Assembly: GCA_030653385.1 (NCBI GenBank)
Contig: JAURZM010000043.1
Coordinates: 7,341-71,340, forward strand
Source of the DNA: Rubrivivax sp.
GTDB lineage: Bacteria; Pseudomonadota; Gammaproteobacteria; Burkholderiales; Burkholderiaceae_C
Direction: 5' to 3'
DNA: 64,000 bases
Below the pieces are notes generated by a model. That model was not told the DNA's origin. It made no database searches and saw only the letters and a program-made list of their open reading frames with translations. Positions 18,506 through 28,327 of the stretch are shown in pieces. Position numbers and translations under genes: made by a program. Position 1 is the stretch's first letter, and every line of letters starts with the position of its first letter.

Positions 18506-20446
18506 ATGACCCCCGACGAGCCCGACAGCGATCGCACGCAGATCCAGCCGCCCGGCAGGGACGACCGCACGGTGGCCTTCGACAAGACCCAGGTCTACGA
18601 CAACGTGGCGCCGGCACGGGCCACGGTGGCCACCGAGATGGGCGACGGCCTGCCGGTGGGCACACGGCTGGGTGAGTTCGAACTGACGCAGCTGGTGGCC
18701 GTGGGTGGCTTTGGCATCGTCTACCTGGCCAACGACCATTCGCTGCACCGGCGTGTGGCGGTCAAGGAGTACATGCCCAGTTCACTGGCGGCGCGCGGCA
18801 GCGCCAGCCAGGTGCACGTGAAGAGCGAGCGTTACCGCGAAACCTTCGAAGCCGGCCTGAAGAGCTTCATCAATGAAGCGCGCCTGCTGGCCAGTTTCGA
18901 CCACCCCTCGCTGGTCAAGGTGTACCGGTTCTGGGAAGGCAATGGCACCGCCTACATGGCCATGCCCTTCCTGGAAGGCAAGACCTTGCGCGACATCCTG
19001 CGCGCCAAGCCGCAGCCACCCGACGAAGCCTGGCTGCGCTCGGTGCTGGCGCCACTGACCGAAGCGCTGCAGGTCATCCACGCCGAACAGTGTTACCACC
19101 GCGATATCGCGCCCGACAACGTGATGCAACTGCCCAACGGCCGCTGGCTGCTGCTGGACTTCGGCGCCGCGCGGCGTGTGATCGGCGACATGACGCAGGC
19201 GCTGACCGTGATCCTGAAACCCGGCTACGCGCCGGTCGAGCAGTACGCCGAGATCCCAGGCATGAAACAGGGCCCGTGGACCGATGTCTACGCGCTGGCC
19301 GCCTCGGTGCACTACGCCATCATGGGCCGCACACCGCCGCCCAGCGTGGGCCGGCTGCTGAATGACACCTACCAGCCGCTGGTGCAAGCCGCCGCCGGCC
19401 GCTACAGCGAAGCCTTCCTGGCCGCCATCGACCGGGCACTGGCCGTGCGGCCCGAAGCCCGCACGCAGACCGTTGCGCAGATGCGGCAGGAGATGGACCT
19501 GGACGGCCATGTGCCCACCGGCACCACCACGATGACGATCGCGCAACCGGCGGTGGCTGTTCCTTCGTCCACGTCGAACGCGCCGACGGTGTTGCTGGGC
19601 GACTTGCCGCCGACCGCCCTGGTGCCGCCCCCGGCCGCGCGCGCGGCGGCAGCGCCGGTGCCGATGCCGCCAGCACCTGCACCTTCCGCAGCGGCTGCGG
19701 CGGCAGCAGCGGCGCCTGCCCAAGGCAAAAGCGTCCTGGTGGGTGTCGGTATCGGGGCCGTGGTGCTGGCTGCGCTGGGTGTGGGCGGCTGGCAGATGAT
19801 GTCCAAGCCTGCACCTGAATCGGCCCCGGCCGTGGCGCTTGCGCCGGGTGCGGTCACCCCAGCGCCGGCCGTCACCCTTGTGGCCGCTTCACCTGCGCCA
19901 GCGCCCGCAGCGCCGACCCGTTTCGACCCCGAACGTGAATTCGAACGTGTCGTGCAAGGCCAGACGGCCGGGTTTGGCGTCACGGCCGCGGCGCAGAAAA
20001 CCGAACTGCGCATTGCCAGCCGCGACCAGGTGCGGTTCAAGGTCACCGCCGAGCGTGACGGTTTCCTGCATGTCGTGGGCCTCAGCGCCGACGGTTCGCT
20101 GGCGTTGCTGGTGCCCAACGCCAATTCCACATCGGTGCGTGTGCGCAAGGGCCAGACCTACAGCTTCCCCAGCAACGACGGCTTTTTCCTGACGGCCAGC
20201 GAACCGGTGGGCAGCGGCCGCATGCTGGTCATCGTGTCGCCGCAGCCACGCAAGTTCGATGCGCTGAAGCCGCGTGCCGAAGGCCCTGTCAAGGTGCTGG
20301 CCAGCGGCGACGAAGCCACGGCGCTGATGGCCAATTTCAAGGGCAGCGGCTCGATGCTGGCCGGCGAAGTGCAGTGCCCCGCTGGTGCCAGCGCCTGTGC
20401 CGACGAATACGGCGCCGCACTGATGAGCTTCGAAACCGTGCGCTGA
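18506..20446 (+). CDS. Membrane-anchored Ser/Thr kinase with periplasmic DUF4384-like domain
   Basis: GGFGIVY, VAVKEY, HRDIAPDN, DFG, GYAPVEQY; Pro/Ala linker, one TM, C-terminal beta-rich domain. Confidence 0.9.
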   Translation: MTPDEPDSDRTQIQPPGRDDRTVAFDKTQVYDNVAPARATVATEMGDGLPVGTRLGEFELTQLVAVGGFGIVYLANDHSLHRRVAVKEYMPSSLAARGSASQVHVKSERYRETFEAGLKSFINEARLLASFDHPSLVKVYRFWEGNGTAYMAMPFLEGKTLRDILRAKPQPPDEAWLRSVLAPLTEALQVIHAEQCYHRDIAPDNVMQLPNGRWLLLDFGAARRVIGDMTQALTVILKPGYAPVEQYAEIPGMKQGPWTDVYALAASVHYAIMGRTPPPSVGRLLNDTYQPLVQAAAGRYSEAFLAAIDRALAVRPEARTQTVAQMRQEMDLDGHVPTGTTTMTIAQPAVAVPSSTSNAPTVLLGDLPPTALVPPPAARAAAAPVPMPPAPAPSAAAAAAAAAPAQGKSVLVGVGIGAVVLAALGVGGWQMMSKPAPESAPAVALAPGAVTPAPAVTLVAASPAPAPAAPTRFDPEREFERVVQGQTAGFGVTAAAQKTELRIASRDQVRFKVTAERDGFLHVVGLSADGSLALLVPNANSTSVRVRKGQTYSFPSNDGFFLTASEPVGSGRMLVIVSPQPRKFDALKPRAEGPVKVLASGDEATALMANFKGSGSMLAGEVQCPAGASACADEYGAALMSFETVR

Positions 20447-20462
20447 AGCCGGCCATGCAGCG

Positions 20463-21029
20463 GTGAACAAGGCCTTTGTCAAGGAAGCCGAAGGCGACGG
20501 CGATGAAGACGACGGCCCGCCGGGCCTGCCGCCACTGCCTGTCGGTGCACGCAACTACCTCACGCCCCAGGGCTACCGGCGGCTGCGCGAAGAGCTGATG
20601 CAACTGCTGGACGAAGAACGGCCCAAGATCGTGGAAGTGGTTTCCTGGGCGGCCAAAAACGGCGACCGCAGCGAAAACGGCGACTACCTCTACGGCAAAA
20701 AACGGCTGCGCGAAATCGACCGCCGCATCCGCTTCCTGACCAAGCGCCTGGACATTGCCGAGGTCGCCGACCCCAGCGTGCACCACGGCAGCGACCAGGT
20801 CTTTTTCGGCGCCACCGTCACCTACGCCAACGCTGCAGGCCAGGAACGCACGGTGCGCATCATGGGCATCGACGAAGCCGACAACCTGGCCGGCGACGTG
20901 AGCTGGGTGTCACCGGTGGCCCGGGCCCTGATCAAGGCACGCGAAGGTGACGAAGTGACGCTGGTCACGCCGGGTGGTGTGGAAAAGCTGGAGATCGTTC
21001 AGGTTCAGTACCCAGCCCCGCAGGGATGA
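20463..21029 (+). CDS. greB: Transcription elongation factor GreB
   Basis: WAAKNGDRSENGDYLYGKKRLREIDRRIRFL, SWVSPVARAL. Confidence 0.97.
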   Translation: MNKAFVKEAEGDGDEDDGPPGLPPLPVGARNYLTPQGYRRLREELMQLLDEERPKIVEVVSWAAKNGDRSENGDYLYGKKRLREIDRRIRFLTKRLDIAEVADPSVHHGSDQVFFGATVTYANAAGQERTVRIMGIDEADNLAGDVSWVSPVARALIKAREGDEVTLVTPGGVEKLEIVQVQYPAPQG

Positions 21030-21034
21030 CCGAC

Positions 21035-21190
21035 GATCAAGTCCTTGCGCGGAACCGGCTTTGCCGGGCCGCTGCAAGAGCCCGCGACGAGGACATCGCG
21101 GGCGCTCGTAGGCGAGAAACAGTCCGCATGGACTGTTTCTCGTCCGACTCGCCCCCCTCGGGGGGTGGCGAGCGCCAGCGAGCCTGGGGG
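21035..21190 (+). repeat. Intergenic REP-like element, copy B, with an internal two-hairpin insert
   Basis: Inverted near-copy of 16885-16968; insert holds GCCCGCGA/TCGCGGGC and a perfect 13-bp stem at 21113-21142. Confidence 0.75.
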
Positions 21191-21197
21191 TCCACGG

Positions 21198-23498
21198 TCA
21201 GCTGAATTTGTAGCGGGACACTTTCAGGACCACGGGCGATCGACGCAGCGTGCGCAGCACGTCGGCGAAGTGCACGCGGTCACGCACGCTGACCTGCAGC
21301 CGCAACTCGATGCTGTCCTCGACCGGCTCGGAGTCCATGTCCAGGTGCACGATGTCGGCTTCGGCGCTGCTGATCGACGAAGCCACCTGCGCCAGCACCC
21401 CCTTGCCGTTGCGCACCTGCACGTACAGGCTAGTGTCGAAGGCCCGGGTCAGGTCTTCGGCCCATTCCACGTGCATCCAGCGTTCGCTGTCGCGCTCGAA
21501 CAGGCGCTTGCCGGTGGGACAGTCGCTGCTGTGCACCAGCAGGCCCTCACCACGGCCCAGGTAGCCCACGATGGGGTCACCGGGAATCGGCCGGCAGCAG
21601 GGCGCCAGCTGGATGGAGTTGCCTTCACTGCCGTCGACAAACACCACGCCTTGGGCGGGCAACGTGTCGTCGGACGCGTAGCGGCCCAGGCTCAGCGTCA
21701 CCGCGTCGGGCCGGATGCCGTGTTCCAGCATCAGCTGTGCCATCCGCTTGGCCACGATGACGGCGATCTTGCGGCCCAGGCCGATGTCGACCAGCAGTTC
21801 ACCGCGGTTGCGGTTGCCGCTCCAGCGCGTGAGCTGCTGCCACAGCGTGCTGGCCACCGTGTCGGCGGGGTCGCTGGAAGGCGCGGGCAGGCCTTCGGCC
21901 CGCAGCGCCTGGGCCAGCATCTTTTCACCCAACGCGCGCGACTCCTCGGTCTCCATCGTCTTCAGGTAGTGCCGGATCTTGCTGCGTGCCCGGCCGGTGC
22001 GCACCACGCTCAGCCAGCCGGGGTTGGGGCGTGCGCCGGGCGCGGTGATGACCTCGACCACGTCGCCGCTTTTCAGTTCGGTGCGCAGCGGCGCCGGTTC
22101 GCCGTTGATCTTCACCGCCACCGTGTGGTCGCCGACGTCGGAGTGGATGGCGTAGGCAAAGTCCACCGGCGTGGCACCGCGCGGCAGCGCCAGGATCTTG
22201 CTGCGTGGCGTGAAGACGTAGACGGCATCGGGGTAGAGGTCGATCTTCACGTGCTCCAGGAACTCGGCCGCGTCGCGGGTGTCGTCCTGGATGTCCAGCA
22301 GGCTTTGCAGCCACATCGTGGACAGGCGCTGCGCGTCCGAAGCTCCGCCATTTTTGCTGTCCTTGTCGCCGCCCACCTTGTACAGCCAGTGTGCCGCGAC
22401 ACCCGCTTCGGCCACCGCGTGCATGGTGTCGGTGCGCATCTGGAATTCCACTGCCGTGCCCAGCGGGCTGACCAGCGTGGTGTGCAGGCTCTGGTAGCCG
22501 TTGGCCTTGGGGATGGCGATGTAGTCCTTGAAGCGCCCCGGCACCGGCTTGTACAGCTGGTGCAGCACACCCAGCGCGACATAACAGTCGGTGAGCGTGG
22601 GCACGACGATGCGAAAGCCGAAGATGTCGGACACCTGCGCAAAGCCGGCGTGTTTTTCGCGCATCTTGCGGTAGATGCTGTAGATCGTCTTTTCACGGCC
22701 GCTGACGACAACCTTGATCTTGTGCCGGCCGAAGGCCTTCTCGACTTCTTTCTGCACCCGCTCGACGATGTCGCGCCGGTGCCCACGGGCCCGTTGCACG
22801 GCCTTGGCCAGTGCCGCATAGCGCCAGGGGTGCAGCAGCTCGAAACACAGCTCTTGCAGTTCGCGGTACATCTGGTTCAGGCCCAGGCGGTGCGCGATGG
22901 GCACGTAGATGTCCAGCGTCTCGCGGGCGATGCGCATGCGCTTGTCGGCCGCCATGGCCTGCATGGTGCGCATGTTGTGCAGGCGATCGGCCAGCTTGAT
23001 CAGGATCACACGCACGTCGCGCGCCATCGCCAGCAGCATCTTGCGGAAGCTCTCGGCCTGGCTTTCTTCGCGCGTGTTGAACTGCAGCTTGTCCAACTTG
23101 GTCAGCCCGTCCACCAGGTCGGCGGTGGGTGCGCCGAACTTCTCGATCAGCTGGGCCTTGGTGACACCCTGGTCCTCGATGGTGTCGTGCATCAGCGCGG
23201 CCATGATGGCCTGCGCGTCCAGCTTCCAGTCGGCACACAGGCCGGCCACCGCAATCGGGTGGGTGATGTAGGGCTGGCCGCTGGCGCGAAACTGGCCCAG
23301 GTGGGCTTCGTCGGCAAACTTGTAGGCTTCGCGCACCTGTTTCAAGTCGGCCTTGGACAAGTAGGCCAGCTTGCCGGTCAACGAGGCGAAGCTCGAAGCC
23401 TCGGTCGCGGGGCTGGCATCCATCGGCACCAGAGGCGCACGCTGCAGCCCCTGCAGTGCTGCAGGCAGAAGTTCAGCGGCCAGAGAGCGCAATCCCAT
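21198..23498 (-). CDS. spoT: Bifunctional (p)ppGpp synthetase/hydrolase SpoT
   Basis: HD motif MHDTIED, IKLADRLHNMRT, YQSLHT, TGS and ACT domains; downstream of rpoZ. Confidence 0.96.
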   Translation of the reverse strand: MGLRSLAAELLPAALQGLQRAPLVPMDASPATEASSFASLTGKLAYLSKADLKQVREAYKFADEAHLGQFRASGQPYITHPIAVAGLCADWKLDAQAIMAALMHDTIEDQGVTKAQLIEKFGAPTADLVDGLTKLDKLQFNTREESQAESFRKMLLAMARDVRVILIKLADRLHNMRTMQAMAADKRMRIARETLDIYVPIAHRLGLNQMYRELQELCFELLHPWRYAALAKAVQRARGHRRDIVERVQKEVEKAFGRHKIKVVVSGREKTIYSIYRKMREKHAGFAQVSDIFGFRIVVPTLTDCYVALGVLHQLYKPVPGRFKDYIAIPKANGYQSLHTTLVSPLGTAVEFQMRTDTMHAVAEAGVAAHWLYKVGGDKDSKNGGASDAQRLSTMWLQSLLDIQDDTRDAAEFLEHVKIDLYPDAVYVFTPRSKILALPRGATPVDFAYAIHSDVGDHTVAVKINGEPAPLRTELKSGDVVEVITAPGARPNPGWLSVVRTGRARSKIRHYLKTMETEESRALGEKMLAQALRAEGLPAPSSDPADTVASTLWQQLTRWSGNRNRGELLVDIGLGRKIAVIVAKRMAQLMLEHGIRPDAVTLSLGRYASDDTLPAQGVVFVDGSEGNSIQLAPCCRPIPGDPIVGYLGRGEGLLVHSSDCPTGKRLFERDSERWMHVEWAEDLTRAFDTSLYVQVRNGKGVLAQVASSISSAEADIVHLDMDSEPVEDSIELRLQVSVRDRVHFADVLRTLRRSPVVLKVSRYKFS

Positions 23499-23564
23499 GG
23501 CCCGAATTTAGCTTGCTTTGCCAGCGCGGCAGCCCTGGCGGGCCTTTGTGGCGCGCGCCCATGG

Positions 23565-23599
23565 AAAAGGGCGCCTCATCTTGCCGATGGGGCGCCCTT
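23565..23599 (-). terminator. Putative intrinsic terminator between rpoZ and spoT
   Basis: Minus strand GGGCGCCCCATC-GGCAA-GATGAGGCGCCC followed by TTTT. Confidence 0.6.
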
Positions 23600-23621
23600 C
23601 GGGGCCAGCTTCAGCGGGTTT

Positions 23622-23825
23622 TCAGACCGGCACTTTGCGCAGCATCTCCAGGCCGATTTCGCCAGCGGCGATTTCACGCAGCGCCGTCACGCCGGGCTTG
23701 TTCTTGGTTTCGATCTTGGGCGCGTGGCCCTGGCTCAGCATGCGCGCCCGGTAGGTGGCGGCCAGCACGAGCTGGAAGCGGTTGGGGATTTTTTCCAGGC
23801 AGTCTTCGACGGTGATGCGGGCCAT
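23622..23825 (-). CDS. rpoZ: RNA polymerase omega subunit
   Basis: [28 protein letters not shown]...ALREIA. Confidence 0.98.
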   Translation of the reverse strand: MARITVEDCLEKIPNRFQLVLAATYRARMLSQGHAPKIETKNKPGVTALREIAAGEIGLEMLRKVPV

Positions 23826-23872
23826 GGTGTCTTTCTGGTGCCTGTGAACAGGCACGGTGGGGCAGTGCGGTT

Positions 23873-24493
23873 TCAGACCAATCCCAGCGCCGCAAAAACC
23901 TGCGAGCGGTTGCGCAACTGGGCGGCGTACTTGAGGCGCTGGCTGTGGACGACCGCTTTCAGGTCGAAGAGCGCCGACTCAAACAAGCTGTTGATGATAA
24001 CAAAATCGAAGTGACGGGCCTGGGCCACCTCGGTGCGGGCGTTGGCCATGCGGGTGGCGATGACGTCGGCCGGGTCTTCGCCGCGCCGGTTCAGGCGCTG
24101 CGACAGCTCTTCCCAGCTGGGCGGCAGGATGAAGATCAGCACCGCATGGGCAAACAGCTGCTTGATCTGCAGCGCACCTTGCCAGTCGATTTCCAGCACC
24201 ACGTCTTCGCCCTGGGCCAGGCGTTCTTCGATGGCCCTGCGGCTGGTGCCGTACAGGTTGCCGTGCACCTGCGCCCATTCGATGAAGTCGCCGTGCTCGA
24301 TCTTCTCGCGGAAGGCGGCTTCGTCGATGAACCAGTACTCGCGCCCGTTCACTTCCTGGCCGCGCGGGCTGCGGGTGGTGTGTGACACCGAAACCGCCAG
24401 CTTCGAGTCCAGCTGCAAAAGGGCCTGCACGAGGCTGGACTTGCCGGTGCCGCTGGGGGCAGCGACACAAAAGAGATTGCCGGGGGTTTCCAT
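23873..24493 (-). CDS. gmk: Guanylate kinase
   Basis: [10 protein letters not shown]-loop, SHTTR, YGT, EIDWQGA. Confidence 0.98.
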   Translation of the reverse strand: METPGNLFCVAAPSGTGKSSLVQALLQLDSKLAVSVSHTTRSPRGQEVNGREYWFIDEAAFREKIEHGDFIEWAQVHGNLYGTSRRAIEERLAQGEDVVLEIDWQGALQIKQLFAHAVLIFILPPSWEELSQRLNRRGEDPADVIATRMANARTEVAQARHFDFVIINSLFESALFDLKAVVHSQRLKYAAQLRNRSQVFAALGLV

Positions 24494-24548
24494 CCCCCGG
24501 CATTCTACGAAGGGGCAGCAGGCCGCGCCGGCCGCCCGCCTTCAGGAC

Positions 24549-24902
24549 TTAACGGGCGGCCATGCGCACACCGGCCGGCGCGGCGAAGCTCTTGGCCTGG
24601 AAGTCGTTGTTGTCGCGGTTCAGGTAGGCCACTTCACCGCTGGCGATGGCGGCCAGGGTCTGGGCCTTGACTTCGGCGCGGGTCAGTGTCGACACCGCGG
24701 GCGTGCTGCGGGTGTTGGCCACTTCGTGGTTGATCTGCAGCGTGCCGTTGGCGCGGGCTTGTTGCACTTCGGCCATCACGTTTGCACGCGAGGTTTGCGA
24801 AGTGACTTGCTGCGGGTACTCGTAGGTGGCTTCCTGGGCCAGGGCGGCGCCGCTGGCGGCCAGGGTCAGGGCAAGGGCGGCGAACAGGGTGGTGGTCTTC
24901 AT
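24549..24902 (-). CDS. DUF4148-like small exported protein
   Basis: Signal peptide; repeated SRANVMAE / TRAEVKAQ motifs. Confidence 0.75.
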   Translation of the reverse strand: MKTTTLFAALALTLAASGAALAQEATYEYPQQVTSQTSRANVMAEVQQARANGTLQINHEVANTRSTPAVSTLTRAEVKAQTLAAIASGEVAYLNRDNNDFQAKSFAAPAGVRMAAR

Positions 24903-25025
24903 GATGGGTTCCTTCGGGGTGGTTGATTGACGGTTCGGTCGGGAAAGCTTGTTTGTGGAGGCCTGCTCTGCGCCGACCACGAAATGAATTCTGGGAACCC
25001 AAAACCACCGTTGCCGAACAGCCAG

Positions 25026-25041
25026 ATGACAAATTCGTAAT
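25026..25041. promoter_or_regulatory. CusR/CopR-box-like operator
   Basis: ATGACAAATTCGTAAT resembles TGACA-N4-TGTAAT; lies between the divergent DUF4148 gene and the regulator. Confidence 0.6.
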
Positions 25042-25103
25042 CCAGCACCGGGCACAAAAATGCGACCATCCAGGCCTCATCCACACCGTGCCCCTACCCC
25101 GCC

Positions 25104-25790
25104 ATGCGACTGCTCGTGGTCGAAGACGAAGCCAAGTTGTCCCAGTACCTGCACAAGGGCCTGAGCGAAAACGGCCATGTCGTTGACGTCGCACGTGACG
25201 GCATCGAAGGCCGCCGCCTGGCCACCGGCGGTGACTACGACCTGGTGCTGCTGGACCTGCAGCTGCCCGGCGTCGACGGCTTCGGCGTGCTGGCCGCGCT
25301 GCGTGCGCAGAGCCGCTACACGCCGGTGCTGATGTTGACGGCGCGCGACAAGGTCGAAGACCGCGTGCGTGGCCTGGAGCAAGGTGCAGACGACTACCTG
25401 GTCAAGCCTTTTGCCTTTTCGGAACTGCTCGCCCGCGTCGGTGCGCTGCTGCGGCGCGGCGCACCCACCAGCGCCGGCGCAAACAGCACGCAGTTGCGCC
25501 TGGCCGACCTGGACGTGGACCTGCTGGCGCGCAAGGCCACCCGTGCCCAGCAGCGGCTGGACCTGACGGTGAAGGAATTCAACCTGCTGACCTTGCTGCT
25601 GCGCCGGCGCGGCCAGATCCTGTCGCGCACCACCTTGGCCGAGCAGGTGTGGGAAATGAATTTCGACTCCGACACCAATGTGGTCGAGGTGGCGGTGCGG
25701 CGTCTGCGCGCCAAGCTGGACGACCCCTACACGGCCAAGCTGCTGCACACCGTGCGGGGCATGGGCTACGTGCTGGAAGAGCGGGCCTGA
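25104..25790 (+). CDS. Heavy-metal response regulator (CusR/CopR-like, OmpR family)
   Basis: [44 protein letters not shown]. Confidence 0.93.
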   Translation: MRLLVVEDEAKLSQYLHKGLSENGHVVDVARDGIEGRRLATGGDYDLVLLDLQLPGVDGFGVLAALRAQSRYTPVLMLTARDKVEDRVRGLEQGADDYLVKPFAFSELLARVGALLRRGAPTSAGANSTQLRLADLDVDLLARKATRAQQRLDLTVKEFNLLTLLLRRRGQILSRTTLAEQVWEMNFDSDTNVVEVAVRRLRAKLDDPYTAKLLHTVRGMGYVLEERA

Positions 25791-27148
25791 TGGACACCCT
25801 GTGCAGCCACTCCATCAGCGGCCGGCTGTCGAAGAAGCTGGCGCTGTTCACGATTGCCGTGCTGGGCCTGCTGTCCATCACGTCCTGGATGGCCGTGGAG
25901 ATGCTGATCACCGAGCGCAAGCAGGAAGAATTGCTGACACGCTGCGAACTGGTCTCGGACATCCTGGCGCTGGAGGCACGCAGCGGTGGCGAGGCGGCCG
26001 TCGTCGCGCGCTTGCGCTCCGACGCGCCGATGCGTGCGCACACCCGCCTGGAAGTCTGGCGCGCCGACGGCCAACCGCTGTATGCCGACACCGCCAGCTC
26101 GGTGCTGCAGCAATCTTCACACGTGCGCACCCATGACTTCGTGGTCAAGACCGATGCCGTGCCGGGCGGTGAACTGCGCGCCCGCTGGACGATGGACTAC
26201 ACACGCGACGCACGCATGGGCAAACGCTGGGCCTTGGCACTGACGCTGATCACCCTGGCCGCGGGCGGCCTGGTGGCGCTGGGCACCGGCTGGCACGTGC
26301 GGCGCCAGCTGCAGCCGCTGCGCAGCCTGGCGGTGCAGACACGCGGCATCTCGCCCCAGCACCTGCACCAACGCCTGTCGCTGGAAGACCCGGCCGAAGA
26401 GCTGCGGCCCTGGGTCGACCAGTTCAATGCCTTGATGGGCCGACTGGAGCAGTCCTACGCACAACTGGAAGGTTTCAACGCCGACGTGGCGCACGAACTG
26501 CGCACACCGCTGGCCAACCTGATCGGCCAGACCGAGGTGGCGCTGTCGCGCGAAAGGTCGGTGGAATCACTGCGCGACACCCTGGTGTCCAACCTGGAAG
26601 AAATGCAGCGCCTGTCGGCCATGGTCAACGACATGCTCTTCCTGTCGCACGCTGACCGCGGTGCGGTGGCGCGCCGGGGCCAGCCTGTCAGCCTGGCCAG
26701 CCTGGCACAGCAGGTGGTGGAATTCCACGAAGCGCCGCTGGAAGAAGCCGGTTTGCAGTTGCGTGTCGAAGGCGACGCGCTGCTGCCGGTGGACGAGTCG
26801 CTGTTCAAACGGGCGGTGTCCAACCTGCTGGGCAATGCCACGCGGTTTGCACGCCGGGGCTCGACAGTGGTCATCGGCATCCGGGCCGAGGCGGCCGCGT
26901 CTGCCGACGCTGCCGATCAGGTGCAGGTGCTGGTGCAGAACGAAGGCGAGGCGATCGATGCCGGCGCGCTGCCGCGCCTGTTCGACCGCTTCTTCCGCGC
27001 CGACACCTCACGCTGCTGTGACGAAGGCCAGCATCACGGCCTGGGCCTGGCCATCGTGGCGGCCATCGCGCGCATGCACGCCGGGCGCACGGTGGCCGAG
27101 TCGTCCGCCGGCATCACCCGCGTCGGGTTCACGCTGGCCACGGGCTGA
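25790..27148 (+). CDS. Heavy-metal sensor histidine kinase (CusS-like)
   Basis: Two TMs, HAMP, AHELRTP, NLLGNA, GLGLAIV. Confidence 0.92.
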   Translation: MDTLCSHSISGRLSKKLALFTIAVLGLLSITSWMAVEMLITERKQEELLTRCELVSDILALEARSGGEAAVVARLRSDAPMRAHTRLEVWRADGQPLYADTASSVLQQSSHVRTHDFVVKTDAVPGGELRARWTMDYTRDARMGKRWALALTLITLAAGGLVALGTGWHVRRQLQPLRSLAVQTRGISPQHLHQRLSLEDPAEELRPWVDQFNALMGRLEQSYAQLEGFNADVAHELRTPLANLIGQTEVALSRERSVESLRDTLVSNLEEMQRLSAMVNDMLFLSHADRGAVARRGQPVSLASLAQQVVEFHEAPLEEAGLQLRVEGDALLPVDESLFKRAVSNLLGNATRFARRGSTVVIGIRAEAAASADAADQVQVLVQNEGEAIDAGALPRLFDRFFRADTSRCCDEGQHHGLGLAIVAAIARMHAGRTVAESSAGITRVGFTLATG

Positions 27149-27196
27149 ACGCCGCGCGGGCCAGAATGCGGTCATGCACCGCTGACTGGAGCCCGC

Positions 27197-27985
27197 GTGA
27201 TCCCCACCTCATCTTCCTCGCCCGTGGCCGTGGTCACGGGCGGCGCCCGTGGCATCGGCCTGGCGGTGGCGCGCTGGTTCCTGGACCACGGCCACCGTGT
27301 GGCGCTGATCGACATCGACGCCGACACGCTGCGCCGCACCGAAGCGGAACTGGCCGATGCCAGTCGGGTGCTGGCCCTGCACGGCGATGTGTCCCAGCCC
27401 GATCAGGTGGCCGTGTCCATGGCTGCAGTGGACCAGCGCTTCGGCCGCATCGACGCCCTGGTCAACAACGCGGGCGTGGCGGTTTTCAAGCCGATTCTGC
27501 AGACCAGCTTCGAAGAGTGGCGCCACGTGCTGGGCACCAACCTGGACGGCGCTTTTCTGTGCACCCAGGCGGCCGCGCCCGTGATGCTGCGCGGCGGGGG
27601 TGGCGCAGTGGTCAACATCGCGTCCATCTCGGGCCTGCGTGCCAGCACGCTGCGTGTGGCCTACGGCACCAGCAAGGGCGCGCTCGTTCACCTGAGCAAG
27701 CAGCAGGCGGTGGAACTGGGCAATGCCGGCATCCGCGTCAACTGCATCGCCCCCGGGCCGGTGGACACGGACATGGCCAAGCTGGTGCACAGCGTGGCCA
27801 TCCGTTCGGACTATTACGACGCCATCCCGCTGAACCGCTACGGCACGCCCGAAGAGATTGCCCAGGCGGTCGGCTTTCTGTGCAGCGCCGAAGCCGCCTT
27901 CATCAATGGTCAGGTGCTGGCCGTCGACGGTGGCTTCGATGCCAGCGGTGTGGGTCTGCCGACCTTGCGCCGCCAGGCGCCCTGA
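27197..27985 (+). CDS. SDR-family oxidoreductase
   Basis: TGGARGIG, NNAG, YGTSK. Confidence 0.92.
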   Translation: MIPTSSSSPVAVVTGGARGIGLAVARWFLDHGHRVALIDIDADTLRRTEAELADASRVLALHGDVSQPDQVAVSMAAVDQRFGRIDALVNNAGVAVFKPILQTSFEEWRHVLGTNLDGAFLCTQAAAPVMLRGGGGAVVNIASISGLRASTLRVAYGTSKGALVHLSKQQAVELGNAGIRVNCIAPGPVDTDMAKLVHSVAIRSDYYDAIPLNRYGTPEEIAQAVGFLCSAEAAFINGQVLAVDGGFDASGVGLPTLRRQAP

Positions 27986-28007
27986 ATCCTGCCATCGTCA
28001 GGCCCTG

Positions 28008-28269
28008 TCAGACGTGCGCTGGCACGGTGCGCAGTTCGGCCCAGGCCTGTTGGATGACAGAGCGTGCGGCGGTCAAGGCCAGCACGCCCATCACCGCCGC
28101 GACGGCCAGGTCAGGCCAGCCGCTGGCGGTGCCGGAAACACCCCCCGGCCAGTTCGATGCCGAACATCACGGCGTTGATGACAAGTGCCACCCACAGCAC
28201 GCGCCGGTAGCGCGGGCTCCGGCTGGCGTCGGGGCTGGCGCAGCCGGGGCTGCAGCAGGCATCGCTCAT
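28008..28269 (-). pseudogene. Internally deleted, frameshifted cation (CDF-like) transporter
   Basis: N-terminus MSDACC...YRRVLWVALVINAVMFGIELAGG joined out of frame, at a G-run near 28141-28146, to C-terminus GTASGWPDLAVAAVMGVLALTAARSVIQQAWAELR. Confidence 0.75.
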
Positions 28270-28296
28270 GAAAGCTTCTCGGGAGTTGATGCCGGT

Positions 28297-28327
28297 ATCT
28301 GAAACTCTGCAGCGACTCCACATTCAA
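28297..28327 (-). promoter_or_regulatory. MerR-type promoter of the deleted transporter
   Basis: TTGAAT-19 bp-TCAGAT with an imperfect dyad TGGAG-TCG-CTGCA in the spacer. Confidence 0.5.

Noticed and set aside
19500-19920. Pro/Ala-rich repeats in the kinase (similar ones in DUF3014, Pal and TraB)
   Set aside because: Ordinary low-complexity linkers, not DNA repeat arrays.
17003-20446. T6SS PpkA/PppA/Fha regulatory module
   Set aside because: No phosphatase, FHA or T6SS structural genes in the window; a link in trans cannot be excluded.
24494-24548. Second yicC-like att copy directly upstream of gmk
   Set aside because: No QVQNLE-encoding sequence was found here or near 28 kb.
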